From an uncultured bacterium (GTDB taxonomy: Bacteria; Cyanobacteriota; Vampirovibrionia; Gastranaerophilales; Gastranaerophilaceae), in contig CAOJDT010000001.1 in NCBI GenBank assembly GCA_948433295.1, positions 1,869-65,868 of the forward strand: DNA of 64,000 nucleotides. Direction: 5' to 3'. The notes below the pieces were generated by a model. The model did no database searches. It was not told where the DNA came from and was given only the letters and a program-made list of their open reading frames with translations. A program made the position numbers and the translations under genes. This document shows, piece after piece, positions 37,126-44,754 of this stretch (its first letter is position 1; the number at the start of each line of letters is the position of its first letter).

Positions 37126-39077
37126 AAAGCCTTCGCACTCATTGCTTCCATTTCAATTCGCTCTTTTTCCAAAATTTTATCAGTTTCAAACAAATACAAT
37201 TTTTCTTCCTGTTTATTATCTTCTAAAAATACAGATAAATCCTGTCTGCCAAATGCTTCCATCTCTTTGTTTTTCTGAATAGCTTTATCCATATTAGTAT
37301 TGGCAATTTTTGAAACTTTAATACTCTTTTTATAATCTTTATTGCTGGAATTGTAAGCTGCTTTATAGTTTTCATATTGTTCTTCAAGTGGAATTTCACG
37401 AGTTTGTTTGATGTAAGACTTTGTAATTTTCAGATTTCGTTTCTTTATTGATAATGCTTCTTTAAACTCCTCTTTTGAAACTTTATCTGCGTGTAATGCC
37501 ACAACCGCTTTAACTGCTTTAACTGTTCCGACAAACTCATCATTATCTGCCTTAAAAGCCCACGCTTCTTTGTAATCCTGAACATCCCGACGAAGATATA
37601 CTTTCAAACCTGTTCTTGTAATCATCCAGTCTGCCCAGTAAGTAATATTGAGTTGCCTGTCTTGAATACCGTTTCGCCCAATTGTAAAATTACGAGAAGT
37701 CCTCATACAAAATAGTTTCAACGCATCACGTGACGGTGTGATTTTTTCGGTGTATTCATTGTAAAACAATTCGTCAGGACAAATTCCGTTTAGATTTTTA
37801 CCGTTTGAAGGCTTTTTATTTAAAACATTCAGGATAAAATTATCAAATATTTTCTTAAAATCTTCAAATTGCATAATTTTACCGGCTTTAATTTCGTTTG
37901 CCAGTTTTTCAGGACGTTCGACGACATTTCCACCACGATAACCCACGCAATGTTTTGAGAGCAATTCTTTAATCTTTAGAAAATCCCTTTCTACCGGTTT
38001 TGTTTGAGCATTATATGGAAGTGCAAAATGTACATTAACATTCAATTCCTTTAACATTGCAGAAGTTTGACCTTTGCTGATATCAACCTTAAAATTTGAC
38101 CTGCCGCCCGCAAAATCCTTTGAGCGGTAATCTTTCCCGTTGTCAATAATCACATCTTTTGGCAAACCAAATTTTTGTGCTGCATAATAAAAAGACTGAA
38201 ATATAAAATCCGAATTAGGATTTTTTGTTTGCAAAACCCAACCGAGCCATTTACCGGATTTGTAATCTCGCCAAACCGTAACCCAAGGGAAAACGACTTT
38301 TCCATCTGAGTCAAAACAAGCAACATCAATCTGTGCATGATCTGATACCCAAACTTCATTGCAAGTTATATTTGAGTAATCTCTATCTATATACCCGCCA
38401 TATCTTCTATTCCAAGCAGATTGACCATATCGTGCCAAATAAATACCCTGTTTAGGAATCTCTTTATCAAGTCTGCGTTTGAAAGCCATAAAGCTCGGAA
38501 AAGTTTCTCTATCTGCATTAAATTCTCTTATTGCATAACCTAAAGTCAAATCCCAACAAGTTCTTAGAGAGGGTGCACTCTCAATCAGATATAAATTTTT
38601 AAAATATTCAAAATAATCATCTTGGACGGAACTTCCTCTTAAATGCTGCCCGTGACGTGATAACAACCCGTTTAAACCATACCTGAAATATCTTCTTCGC
38701 ATTTTTATAACTGACGAATAAGAGGTTGGTTCATTTGATTCGTTCCATTCTTCAATAAATTGCTTTAAATCGTTACCTTTTAACCCGTCAGAGTTTTCCA
38801 GTATTTCTAAATACTTTTCAGCCTGTTGTTTCGCCCAATTTGGGGCTTCCGAGTATTTAATATCCGAAAAACTTACTCCGAAATATTTATCTTGAACAAA
38901 ATCAGGAAGAGATTTTAACAGAATAAAATAATTTGCACACTTTCCTTTTTTTACAATTTTAAAGACAAATTTACCAACTCGACATTGTTTTTTAAGGGTT
39001 TGTTCACTCAAACCAATAATGCCTGCCGCGGTTTTAATATCTATCCATATATTTGTTTTGTCTTTTTTCTGTTTCAT
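37122..39077 (-). CDS. Mu-type (rve-fold) DDE transposase, 651 aa
   Basis: N-terminal Mu-like wHTH (IKTAAGIIGLSEQTLKKQCR). DDE triad context: VWVSDHAQIDV, VIIDNGKDYRS, YNAQTKPVERDF. Confidence 0.8.
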   Translation of the reverse strand: MKQKKDKTNIWIDIKTAAGIIGLSEQTLKKQCRVGKFVFKIVKKGKCANYFILLKSLPDFVQDKYFGVSFSDIKYSEAPNWAKQQAEKYLEILENSDGLKGNDLKQFIEEWNESNEPTSYSSVIKMRRRYFRYGLNGLLSRHGQHLRGSSVQDDYFEYFKNLYLIESAPSLRTCWDLTLGYAIREFNADRETFPSFMAFKRRLDKEIPKQGIYLARYGQSAWNRRYGGYIDRDYSNITCNEVWVSDHAQIDVACFDSDGKVVFPWVTVWRDYKSGKWLGWVLQTKNPNSDFIFQSFYYAAQKFGLPKDVIIDNGKDYRSKDFAGGRSNFKVDISKGQTSAMLKELNVNVHFALPYNAQTKPVERDFLKIKELLSKHCVGYRGGNVVERPEKLANEIKAGKIMQFEDFKKIFDNFILNVLNKKPSNGKNLNGICPDELFYNEYTEKITPSRDALKLFCMRTSRNFTIGRNGIQDRQLNITYWADWMITRTGLKVYLRRDVQDYKEAWAFKADNDEFVGTVKAVKAVVALHADKVSKEEFKEALSIKKRNLKITKSYIKQTREIPLEEQYENYKAAYNSSNKDYKKSIKVSKIANTNMDKAIQKNKEMEAFGRQDLSVFLEDNKQEEKLYLFETDKILEKERIEMEAMSAKAL

Positions 39078-39087
39078 AAATACTTTA

Positions 39088-39105
39088 AGTTTAAATTGCT
39101 TGTAA
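39088..39105 (+). repeat. Partial third copy of the island junction sequence
   Basis: agtttaAATTGCTTGTAA versus the left junction agtttgtcAATTGCTTGTAA (26508-26527). There is a 12-nt exact match at 39094-39105 = 26516-27. Confidence 0.7.
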
Positions 39106-39337
39106 TTCTTTTTAAAGGGTGTGAAATTTTACTTTGTCAACTTTAGGACAAAAGATTCTTCTGAAAATTCAGTTATAATCAGATTTTTTATTTTTAGGAA
39201 TTTTTTGCATTTTATATTAAAAGCCTTATTGTTATTGCGTTATATCCATATTCAAAAATTGTCCCATTTTTAATGTAGAAATGTTACATAATTATATTTT
39301 GATATTGGGATAAATTAAATAAGGCACAAATTCTTGA

Positions 39338-39353
39338 TTGGGAAATTTCCCAA
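39338..39353. promoter_or_regulatory. Perfect 16-bp palindrome (operator-like) in the intergenic gap between transposition modules
   Basis: TTGGGAAATTTCCCAA, seen directly. It lies about 100 bp downstream of the stop (39452) of the 224-aa ORF, in the 374-bp gap upstream of the 651-aa transposase gene (start 39077). Confidence 0.5.
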
Positions 39354-39451
39354 AAGCTGAATTAAAATGATATTATTGAATTTCAGCATAAATTTTCTAA
39401 GATAATATATGCCGAAAAATACCGTTTTTTCGTTAAAAATTAGGGAAAAGT

Positions 39452-40126
39452 TTATTGCGAAAAATTAAGCAAATTGTTTTTTAGGTCAAAATAAAGTTCA
39501 TTGAAATTCTTATTTCTGCGCCAAAGAGTTTCAGCAATTTTGCAATTTAGATTATGAGCATTTTGATTATGAGTCAAATTTCTTGTGAGGTAACAATAAA
39601 TTTTAGAAAATTCGGTTTTATCATTTGGATTTAAAGGTCTATCTTCAGGACTTTGCAATAAAATATCCGATACAAAAACTTGTTTGTTATAAATATATAA
39701 ATAAACTTCTTGGTCAAAAAACATTCTGCGTCTTGCATTTTGAGGTTCTTGAACATAAAAATCTCTAAGCCGTTTTTCTTGTCGCTCATAAATAAGCGTT
39801 CTAAAAATTGTGTAAAATTTTTGCACTTGATCCTCACCCACTGATAAAATATGTGAGGCTTTGGTTGTGCTAATTGATTCGCAAAAACACCTTAAAACTA
39901 AATCAATTGTCACTTTGGGGTAATATTTAAAAATCGAATATTTCGCAGAAATACTTTGTTTTTTAGAGTAAAAATATATTCCATTTTCTTGTAATAATTT
40001 ACCTTCAGAAATTAATTCGTTAATTATCGGAAGTAATTTGTCTGGCTCAAGCTCTGATATTGTAGATATTTCATCAAGCGTAAATTTGTTTAGACGTTTG
40101 CAAAGAAGTAAGATTTTGTCTTTCAT
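39452..40126 (-). CDS. Hypothetical wHTH-like protein (224 aa), candidate target-selection/accessory factor
   Basis: The N-terminal ~55 aa look like a winged helix (LNKFTLDEISTISELEPDKLLPIINELISEGKL). It overlaps the ATPase gene end by 53 nt. No TniQ zinc ribbon is recognisable. Confidence 0.45.
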   Translation of the reverse strand: MKDKILLLCKRLNKFTLDEISTISELEPDKLLPIINELISEGKLLQENGIYFYSKKQSISAKYSIFKYYPKVTIDLVLRCFCESISTTKASHILSVGEDQVQKFYTIFRTLIYERQEKRLRDFYVQEPQNARRRMFFDQEVYLYIYNKQVFVSDILLQSPEDRPLNPNDKTEFSKIYCYLTRNLTHNQNAHNLNCKIAETLWRRNKNFNELYFDLKNNLLNFSQ

Positions 40127-40802
40127 CTAATATATTCCTTAAATTTTCTTCGTTTAATTCTGTAATATCATTTGTTTTTGCTAATTTTTCAACCTTGTTT
40201 ATCAATTTAACTATCTGTCTAAATTGATTATGTCGTGTCGCTAAATACTCAAGTCCATCAGGACTTATAGGAATTTCCGTAAGTTCCGATACTATTTGTT
40301 TAATATCCTGACTTTCATAACTTTTAAATTTAAAAGCCTTATAAATTCTATCTTTTAAATGAGGATAACGAGATAATTTTTTATCAATGTTTGCCATTCC
40401 AACTAAAACTAACGGACAATTTGTTCTATCATGCAAATCTCTCAAAATTTCAATGACATTATTATTTATAAGATAATCAACTTCATCAATAATTATAGTT
40501 TTAGGAGTTTGCCTTAATTTATTTTCAATCATATTAAAAGTTTCTTGGGAGTGCCAATATGCTTCTTCCCCAAGTTCATCTGATATTTCTGAAAGTAACC
40601 ATCTAACTGACATCCCTTTTGTTGCTCTAACATACACGCAATCATTTTTGAAAGTCCACCATTTTATCGTTTCAGATTTTCCAAGTCCATACTCACCATA
40701 AACTAGTGCAATTTTAGGAATGTTCGGCGGAAGTGATTTTAATTCCTCCATGAATCCTATAAATTCTTTGACGTTTTTTGTTTTTACAAAAGTTTTTCTC
40801 AT
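40074..40802 (-). CDS. MuB/TniB/TnsC-like AAA+ transposition ATPase (242 aa)
   Basis: Walker A VYGEYGLGKSE, Walker B IIIDEVDYL. It lies immediately downstream of the 737-aa transposase gene, with an AAGGAG RBS. Confidence 0.75.
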   Translation of the reverse strand: MRKTFVKTKNVKEFIGFMEELKSLPPNIPKIALVYGEYGLGKSETIKWWTFKNDCVYVRATKGMSVRWLLSEISDELGEEAYWHSQETFNMIENKLRQTPKTIIIDEVDYLINNNVIEILRDLHDRTNCPLVLVGMANIDKKLSRYPHLKDRIYKAFKFKSYESQDIKQIVSELTEIPISPDGLEYLATRHNQFRQIVKLINKVEKLAKTNDITELNEENLRNILDERQNLTSLQTSKQIYA

Positions 40803-40805
40803 GAG

Positions 40806-42974
40806 CTAATCTCCTTCTTGGTTGCTCGCATTAAACGGGGCTACAAACGAAAACTCACTGTTTCCGTTTTCCGCCCTCTGCTCGCAATCCGCATATAAAT
40901 TAATGTATTCATCACTTTTCATATAATTAACAAGCCATTTTCTATCTTCTTGATTTGTTGTTCCGTTGCTCATTAGCCATTCAAATTTTTCATAATCAGA
41001 ATTAAAAAATGGTCTGTTCATTTGCTGTTCACGAGGTGTTTGTTTGCGTTCACGTTTTAATTTCACAACAGAAAGTTTTTGAACATTTTTCATTTTCTCT
41101 TCATTTACCCCTTCAATTTCTAAAACTTCTGCATCTTCTGTCGGATAATATTTGAGAAAGTCCTTTTTGACCTTATTAAACTGACGTTTTTGTTTTTGAA
41201 TTCGTTGTTTAAATTCTTCCATATCTTTGACAGTTCCGAGATGATTTACCATCGGGTGAATTTTTTCTTCCTGACGAGCCACGCATAAAAACTCACCTTT
41301 CATTGAATAAACATAGATTTTGGATAAATCAAAAAGTGAATACCTGATAAATACTGTTTCCCTTAAATCAAGTAAAACCTCGCTTCTGTAATGCAAACCA
41401 AAGAATGTTATTCCATGTCTATTAATCGTTCTCGTTTCGGTTTTCATCATCAAATCGTTTAAAATATTTTTATCAATTTCTTGCTGCTTGGGGGCTCGCG
41501 TTAAACGGGTATCGCTACCGCTTTCACCCTCTGCTCGCCTCCGCTTTTGAACATCATTTAACATCTCTTGAATAGTTTTTGAACTATCATTAGGACAAGG
41601 TTTTGAGTTATGGTAATCAATCCAACAATCAATATATTTAATTACTTCTTGAACGGTTGGAATATAATTATTAGTTAACTTTTTATGCATTTCTCGGTGG
41701 AGTTTTTCACCTCGTTTCAACCACGCCGGCTTATCTTCAATTGAAGTCCCAATGTATGAAATCATCATCTTTTCAAACTCTTCTTGAAATTCTAAGAAAA
41801 ATCTCTCGATTACTTTCGCTCTCGCATTGTATGGTTTAGCGAATACCGATTTAATTCCTAAGTTTGAATAAACACCGTTAAATCCTGCCTCATCAAAATC
41901 TGTATGTTGGAAGTATTTTGCTTTAAACGCTTTTCCGTTATCTTGGTACACAACTTTTGGAATTAAACCGAGATTTAAAATCGCATTACGCAATGCACTT
42001 GCAATGCATTGAGTATTTTCGGTCATCATAATTTCATACCCAACAAGTGCTGTTGATTTCCAATCTAAAAAGCCAACGAGTGTCGCTCTCGTTGGCTTGC
42101 CTGTAAATGGATTAATAACTTGAAAATTAAGAACGTGTCCGTCTGCGATTAAGACATCACCGACTTCCAGTTTTGAAATATCCCTCTCAATATATGCTTC
42201 CACTTTATCGTGGTATGCTTTTTCACCCTCTCTCATTAATACCCATTTTGAATAATTTGTCTTTTTAAAGTGTTCGGCAAATCTTCTGAAAGTAAGATTG
42301 CAAGGTATGTTTTCATATCCTCGTTTTTCTAAAACGTGCTTTGTTAGATTAATTGCCTTCCCGATGCTGAACTGATTAGGATGCAGAAGGTATTTTAAGA
42401 ATATTTGTTTCATTTCATTATTTAATATTGTGTTGTACTCATTCTGTTGGGATGTCTTTCTTTGCGGCAAAAGTCCGTTTGTACCATAATTTTCATAGGC
42501 TTTAACCCAACGATGCAATGTTCCAATTGAAATTGAACCGACAAATTTGTATATTTGAGGTAAATACATTCCGCTGTTATACAAATTTAAAAAGATTTCA
42601 TCTGCTTCTTTCTTGGTTTGATATTTTGTTCGCAAGTTAAATAATGCCGTTACGATATCGACTCTTGCTAATGCGTTTAACCTTGAGTTCTCTGAAATAA
42701 AATTCACTTTATTTTCTACAGGAATTAAAGATGTTGATTTAATTTCTTCATCTTCAAGTTTTTCCTGAATTTCAGACTCTAAACTTGAATACAAAATCTC
42801 ATAAGAAGTTCCTCCATTAACTTTAACTTCCCGAGCGATGTATTTTCCTTTTTGAATAGCAATCCTAATAGAGCGGGTACTTTTTAACCCTTTTACTTCT
42901 GCTATTCGCTTTATGTCTATATAGTGTTCTGTTTTGTCTTGGATTATTGACGGTTCAAAATCTTTGCACTCCAT
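40806..42974 (-). CDS. Mu/TnsB-type DDE transposase (about 722 aa from ATG 42974)
   Basis: Mu-like N-terminal DNA-binding domains. DDE context: VLIADGHVLNF, VVYQDNGKAFKA, YNARAKVIERFF. The tracked GTG 43019 start is replaced by ATG 42974, which is preceded by AAAGGAAAAA. Confidence 0.8.
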   Translation of the reverse strand: MECKDFEPSIIQDKTEHYIDIKRIAEVKGLKSTRSIRIAIQKGKYIAREVKVNGGTSYEILYSSLESEIQEKLEDEEIKSTSLIPVENKVNFISENSRLNALARVDIVTALFNLRTKYQTKKEADEIFLNLYNSGMYLPQIYKFVGSISIGTLHRWVKAYENYGTNGLLPQRKTSQQNEYNTILNNEMKQIFLKYLLHPNQFSIGKAINLTKHVLEKRGYENIPCNLTFRRFAEHFKKTNYSKWVLMREGEKAYHDKVEAYIERDISKLEVGDVLIADGHVLNFQVINPFTGKPTRATLVGFLDWKSTALVGYEIMMTENTQCIASALRNAILNLGLIPKVVYQDNGKAFKAKYFQHTDFDEAGFNGVYSNLGIKSVFAKPYNARAKVIERFFLEFQEEFEKMMISYIGTSIEDKPAWLKRGEKLHREMHKKLTNNYIPTVQEVIKYIDCWIDYHNSKPCPNDSSKTIQEMLNDVQKRRRAEGESGSDTRLTRAPKQQEIDKNILNDLMMKTETRTINRHGITFFGLHYRSEVLLDLRETVFIRYSLFDLSKIYVYSMKGEFLCVARQEEKIHPMVNHLGTVKDMEEFKQRIQKQKRQFNKVKKDFLKYYPTEDAEVLEIEGVNEEKMKNVQKLSVVKLKRERKQTPREQQMNRPFFNSDYEKFEWLMSNGTTNQEDRKWLVNYMKSDEYINLYADCEQRAENGNSEFSFVAPFNASNQEGD
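40817..40892 (-). repeat. GC-rich hairpin repeat, copy B (inside the 3' end of the transposase ORF)
   Basis: Coding-strand sequence GCGAGCAGAGGGCGGAAAACGG...CGTTTGTAGCCCCGTTTAATGCGAGCAACCAAG. It shares GCGAGCAGAGGG...CCCGTTTAAYGCGAGC..CCAAG with copy A. Confidence 0.8.
41487..41544 (-). repeat. GC-rich hairpin repeat, copy A (inside the transposase ORF)
   Basis: Coding-strand sequence GCGAGCAGAGGGTGAAAGCGGTAGCGATACCCGTTTAACGCGAGCCCCCAAG. It is read in a different frame from copy B. Confidence 0.8.
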
Positions 42975-43450
42975 TTCGTTTTTCCTTTCGTAAAAACTAC
43001 ATTCCGTCAGATTTTTCACAGGGACGGCGTTCGCTAACGCTCAGCCTTGTCAAAATCCGCCATCGTACACACACATTAACTCATTTTAAACCCAATTGGA
43101 ACACCATTTCCGAGCTTTGTGTCGTTTTGTGTTGATAAAATTCATATCCGACCTTTGAGCAAAAATTACCGACCTCCAAAATGAATTTGAAATTACTCAC
43201 ATAGTCCTCAAAAGTCAAATAATCGTTTTACCCGTACAATTTAGTAAAACTGGGAGAATGCAGGACTGTAATTAGGTTTTAAAAATAAAATATTGGAATT
43301 TTGAGCAACTTTCTGATACCCAAAAGAGACTTTTGAGTAATTTGCGTAACGCATAAAATGATTATTCCCGACCGCTCAAACTCAAACACCAAGCCAACTC
43401 TGCCGAATAATACTTCTATGCGTTCAGATAAAATGTCCTGTTAAAGTACA
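42975..43450. other. ~476-nt noncoding, repeat-rich region between the transposase start and the island tip (candidate transposon end and/or ncRNA locus)
   Basis: No credible ORF. It has three CCGACC motifs (43148, 43169, 43368) and TTTGAG(C/T)AA motifs in both orientations (43154, 43299, 43331; inverted near 43207 and 43372). Confidence 0.5.
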
Positions 43451-43473
43451 GTAGGAGCAGTTTGTCAATTGCT
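43451..43473 (+). repeat. Right copy of the 23-bp perfect direct repeat
   Basis: GTAGGAGCAGTTTGTCAATTGCT, identical to 26500-26522. Confidence 0.9.
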
Positions 43474-43493
43474 ATACTTGCAAAAATAACATT

Positions 43494-43525
43494 AAAAAGG
43501 AGCAAGCACTTGCTTGCTCCTTTTT
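43494..43525. terminator. Bidirectional rho-independent terminator downstream of tRNA-Ser
   Basis: aaaaaGGAGCAAGCacttGCTTGCTCCttttt: a 9-bp perfect stem. Confidence 0.85.
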
Positions 43526-43529
43526 AATG

Positions 43530-43616
43530 CGGAGAGGGTGGGATTCGAACCCACGGAGGGTGTTACCCCTCACAGACTTTCGAGATCCGCACCTTAAACC
43601 ACTCGGACACCTCTCC
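43530..43616 (-). tRNA. tRNA-Ser (anticodon CGA), class II with long variable arm
   Basis: Reverse complement reads GGAGAGGTGTCCGAGTGGTTTAAGG...CTCGAAA anticodon loop...GGGTTCGAATCCCACCCTCTCCG. No encoded CCA. Confidence 0.9.
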
Positions 43617-43676
43617 ATCTGTTCTATTTATATCACAAAAATTTTAACAAAACAAAAACTTTTGTCTACTTTAAAT

Positions 43677-44660
43677 TTAATATCCGTTCGGATGATTTTT
43701 TTGCCACTTCCACGCAGTTTTAATAATCTCTTCCAGTGACGTATATTGAGGTTTCCAGCCCAAAATTGTCTTTGCTTTTTCGCTTGATGCAATCAATACG
43801 GCAGGGTCTCCGGCTCTTCGTTCACAAATCTTTGACGGAATCACTTGGCCCGTAACCTTAGCTGCAGTCTCAACGACTTCTTTTACAGTAAAACCTACTC
43901 CGTTTCCGAGGTTAAAGATATTACTTTCGTTACCGTTTTCAAGATATTTCATCGCAAGAATATGAGCCTGCGCCAAATCTGTTACATGAATATAATCTCT
44001 TATACAGGTTCCGTCTTTTGTTTCATAATCGTCTCCGAATATACTTATAAATTCTCGTTGCCCGTTAGGAACCTGCAGGATTAAAGAAATTAAATGTGTT
44101 TCCGGATTATGCGATTCGCCTATTTTACCCGAAATATGAGCTCCGCAAGCATTAAAATACCTCAGTGCTACAAACCTTATATTGTGAGCTTTTGAGACCC
44201 ATTTAAACATTTTTTCCATTGAAAGTTTTGTTTCTCCATAGGTATTTGTCGGTTCGGTTTTATCGGTTTCCAGAATCGGAATACTCTCAGGTTCTCCGTA
44301 AGTCGCAGCGGTAGATGAAAAAACTATTTTATCAATTCCGTTTTTTACCATTGATTTTAAAAGAATCATTGTTCCGTATAGATTGTTATCATAATATTTC
44401 AAAGGATCTGTCATACTTTCGCCGACTAGAGAACTTGCCGCAAAGTGAATAACAGAATCTATTTTTTCTTTTTGAAAAAGTTCATCAAGGAATTTTTCAT
44501 CTCTAATATCACCTTTATAAAAACGGGCTTTCGGGTGTACAGCCTCAACATGTCCGGTCAAAAGATTATCCGCAATAACAACATCTTGACCTGCATCAAT
44601 AAGTTCATAAACCGTATGGGATCCGATATATCCTGCTCCACCCAAAACCAATACTGTCAT
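43677..44660 (-). CDS. galE: UDP-glucose 4-epimerase
   Basis: GGAGYIGSH Rossmann motif, the YGETK catalytic motif, 327 aa. Confidence 0.9.
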   Translation of the reverse strand: MTVLVLGGAGYIGSHTVYELIDAGQDVVIADNLLTGHVEAVHPKARFYKGDIRDEKFLDELFQKEKIDSVIHFAASSLVGESMTDPLKYYDNNLYGTMILLKSMVKNGIDKIVFSSTAATYGEPESIPILETDKTEPTNTYGETKLSMEKMFKWVSKAHNIRFVALRYFNACGAHISGKIGESHNPETHLISLILQVPNGQREFISIFGDDYETKDGTCIRDYIHVTDLAQAHILAMKYLENGNESNIFNLGNGVGFTVKEVVETAAKVTGQVIPSKICERRAGDPAVLIASSEKAKTILGWKPQYTSLEEIIKTAWKWQKNHPNGY

Positions 44661-44717
44661 ATATTTCTCTCCTGTTTTTCTATATTCTGACAGAAAACAC
44701 TAAATAATTCAAGTAGA

Positions 44718-44750
44718 AAAAAAGACCCGCCAAAATCGACAGGTCTTTAA
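44718..44750 (-). terminator. Hairpin terminator after the GH77-like gene
   Basis: aaAAGACCcgccaaaatcgacaGGTCTTt. The stem is flanked by A/T runs. Confidence 0.5.
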
Positions 44751-44754
44751 TACA

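Larger units (their letters stand above)
26523..43450. mobile_element. Putative Mu/Tn7-superfamily transposon-like genomic island (possibly two tandem elements) with defence cargo
   Basis: The island lies about 80 bp downstream of tRNA-Ser and is flanked by 23-bp direct repeats. Its tips begin TGTA on each side as an imperfect inverted repeat: tgtaaagtaaca versus the reverse complement tgtactttaaca, 9/12 matches. It contains two DDE transposases, an AAA+ ATPase, a type I R-M system, Fic and a DUF2075 gene. Exact ends and mechanism are unresolved. Confidence 0.55.

Noticed and set aside
42947-43135. 62-aa plus-strand ORF at the transposase 5' end, and the GTG 43019 start of the transposase.
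   Set aside because: There is no RBS and it is antisense to the transposase leader. ATG 42974, preceded by AAAGGAAAAA, is the more plausible transposase start.
26518-43455. Canonical 5-bp target-site duplication flanking the TGTA tips or flanking the putative inner element at about 39.1 kb.
   Set aside because: The flanking pentamers do not match (ttgct vs gtagg), and no gtagg was found near 39.08-39.45 kb.
26340-43530. CRISPR array, tracrRNA-like or guide-RNA explanation for the 23-bp repeat (CAST-like homing).
   Set aside because: There are no repeat-spacer periodicity and no cas genes. Both 23-mers abut the island tips directly, rather than lying about 50-65 bp from an insertion point.
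43527-43739. 70-aa ORF across tRNA-Ser, and a 72-aa ORF (54935-55153) across tRNA-Arg.
   Set aside because: These are translations of the tRNA antisense sequence. The tRNA cloverleaf assignments explain these regions.
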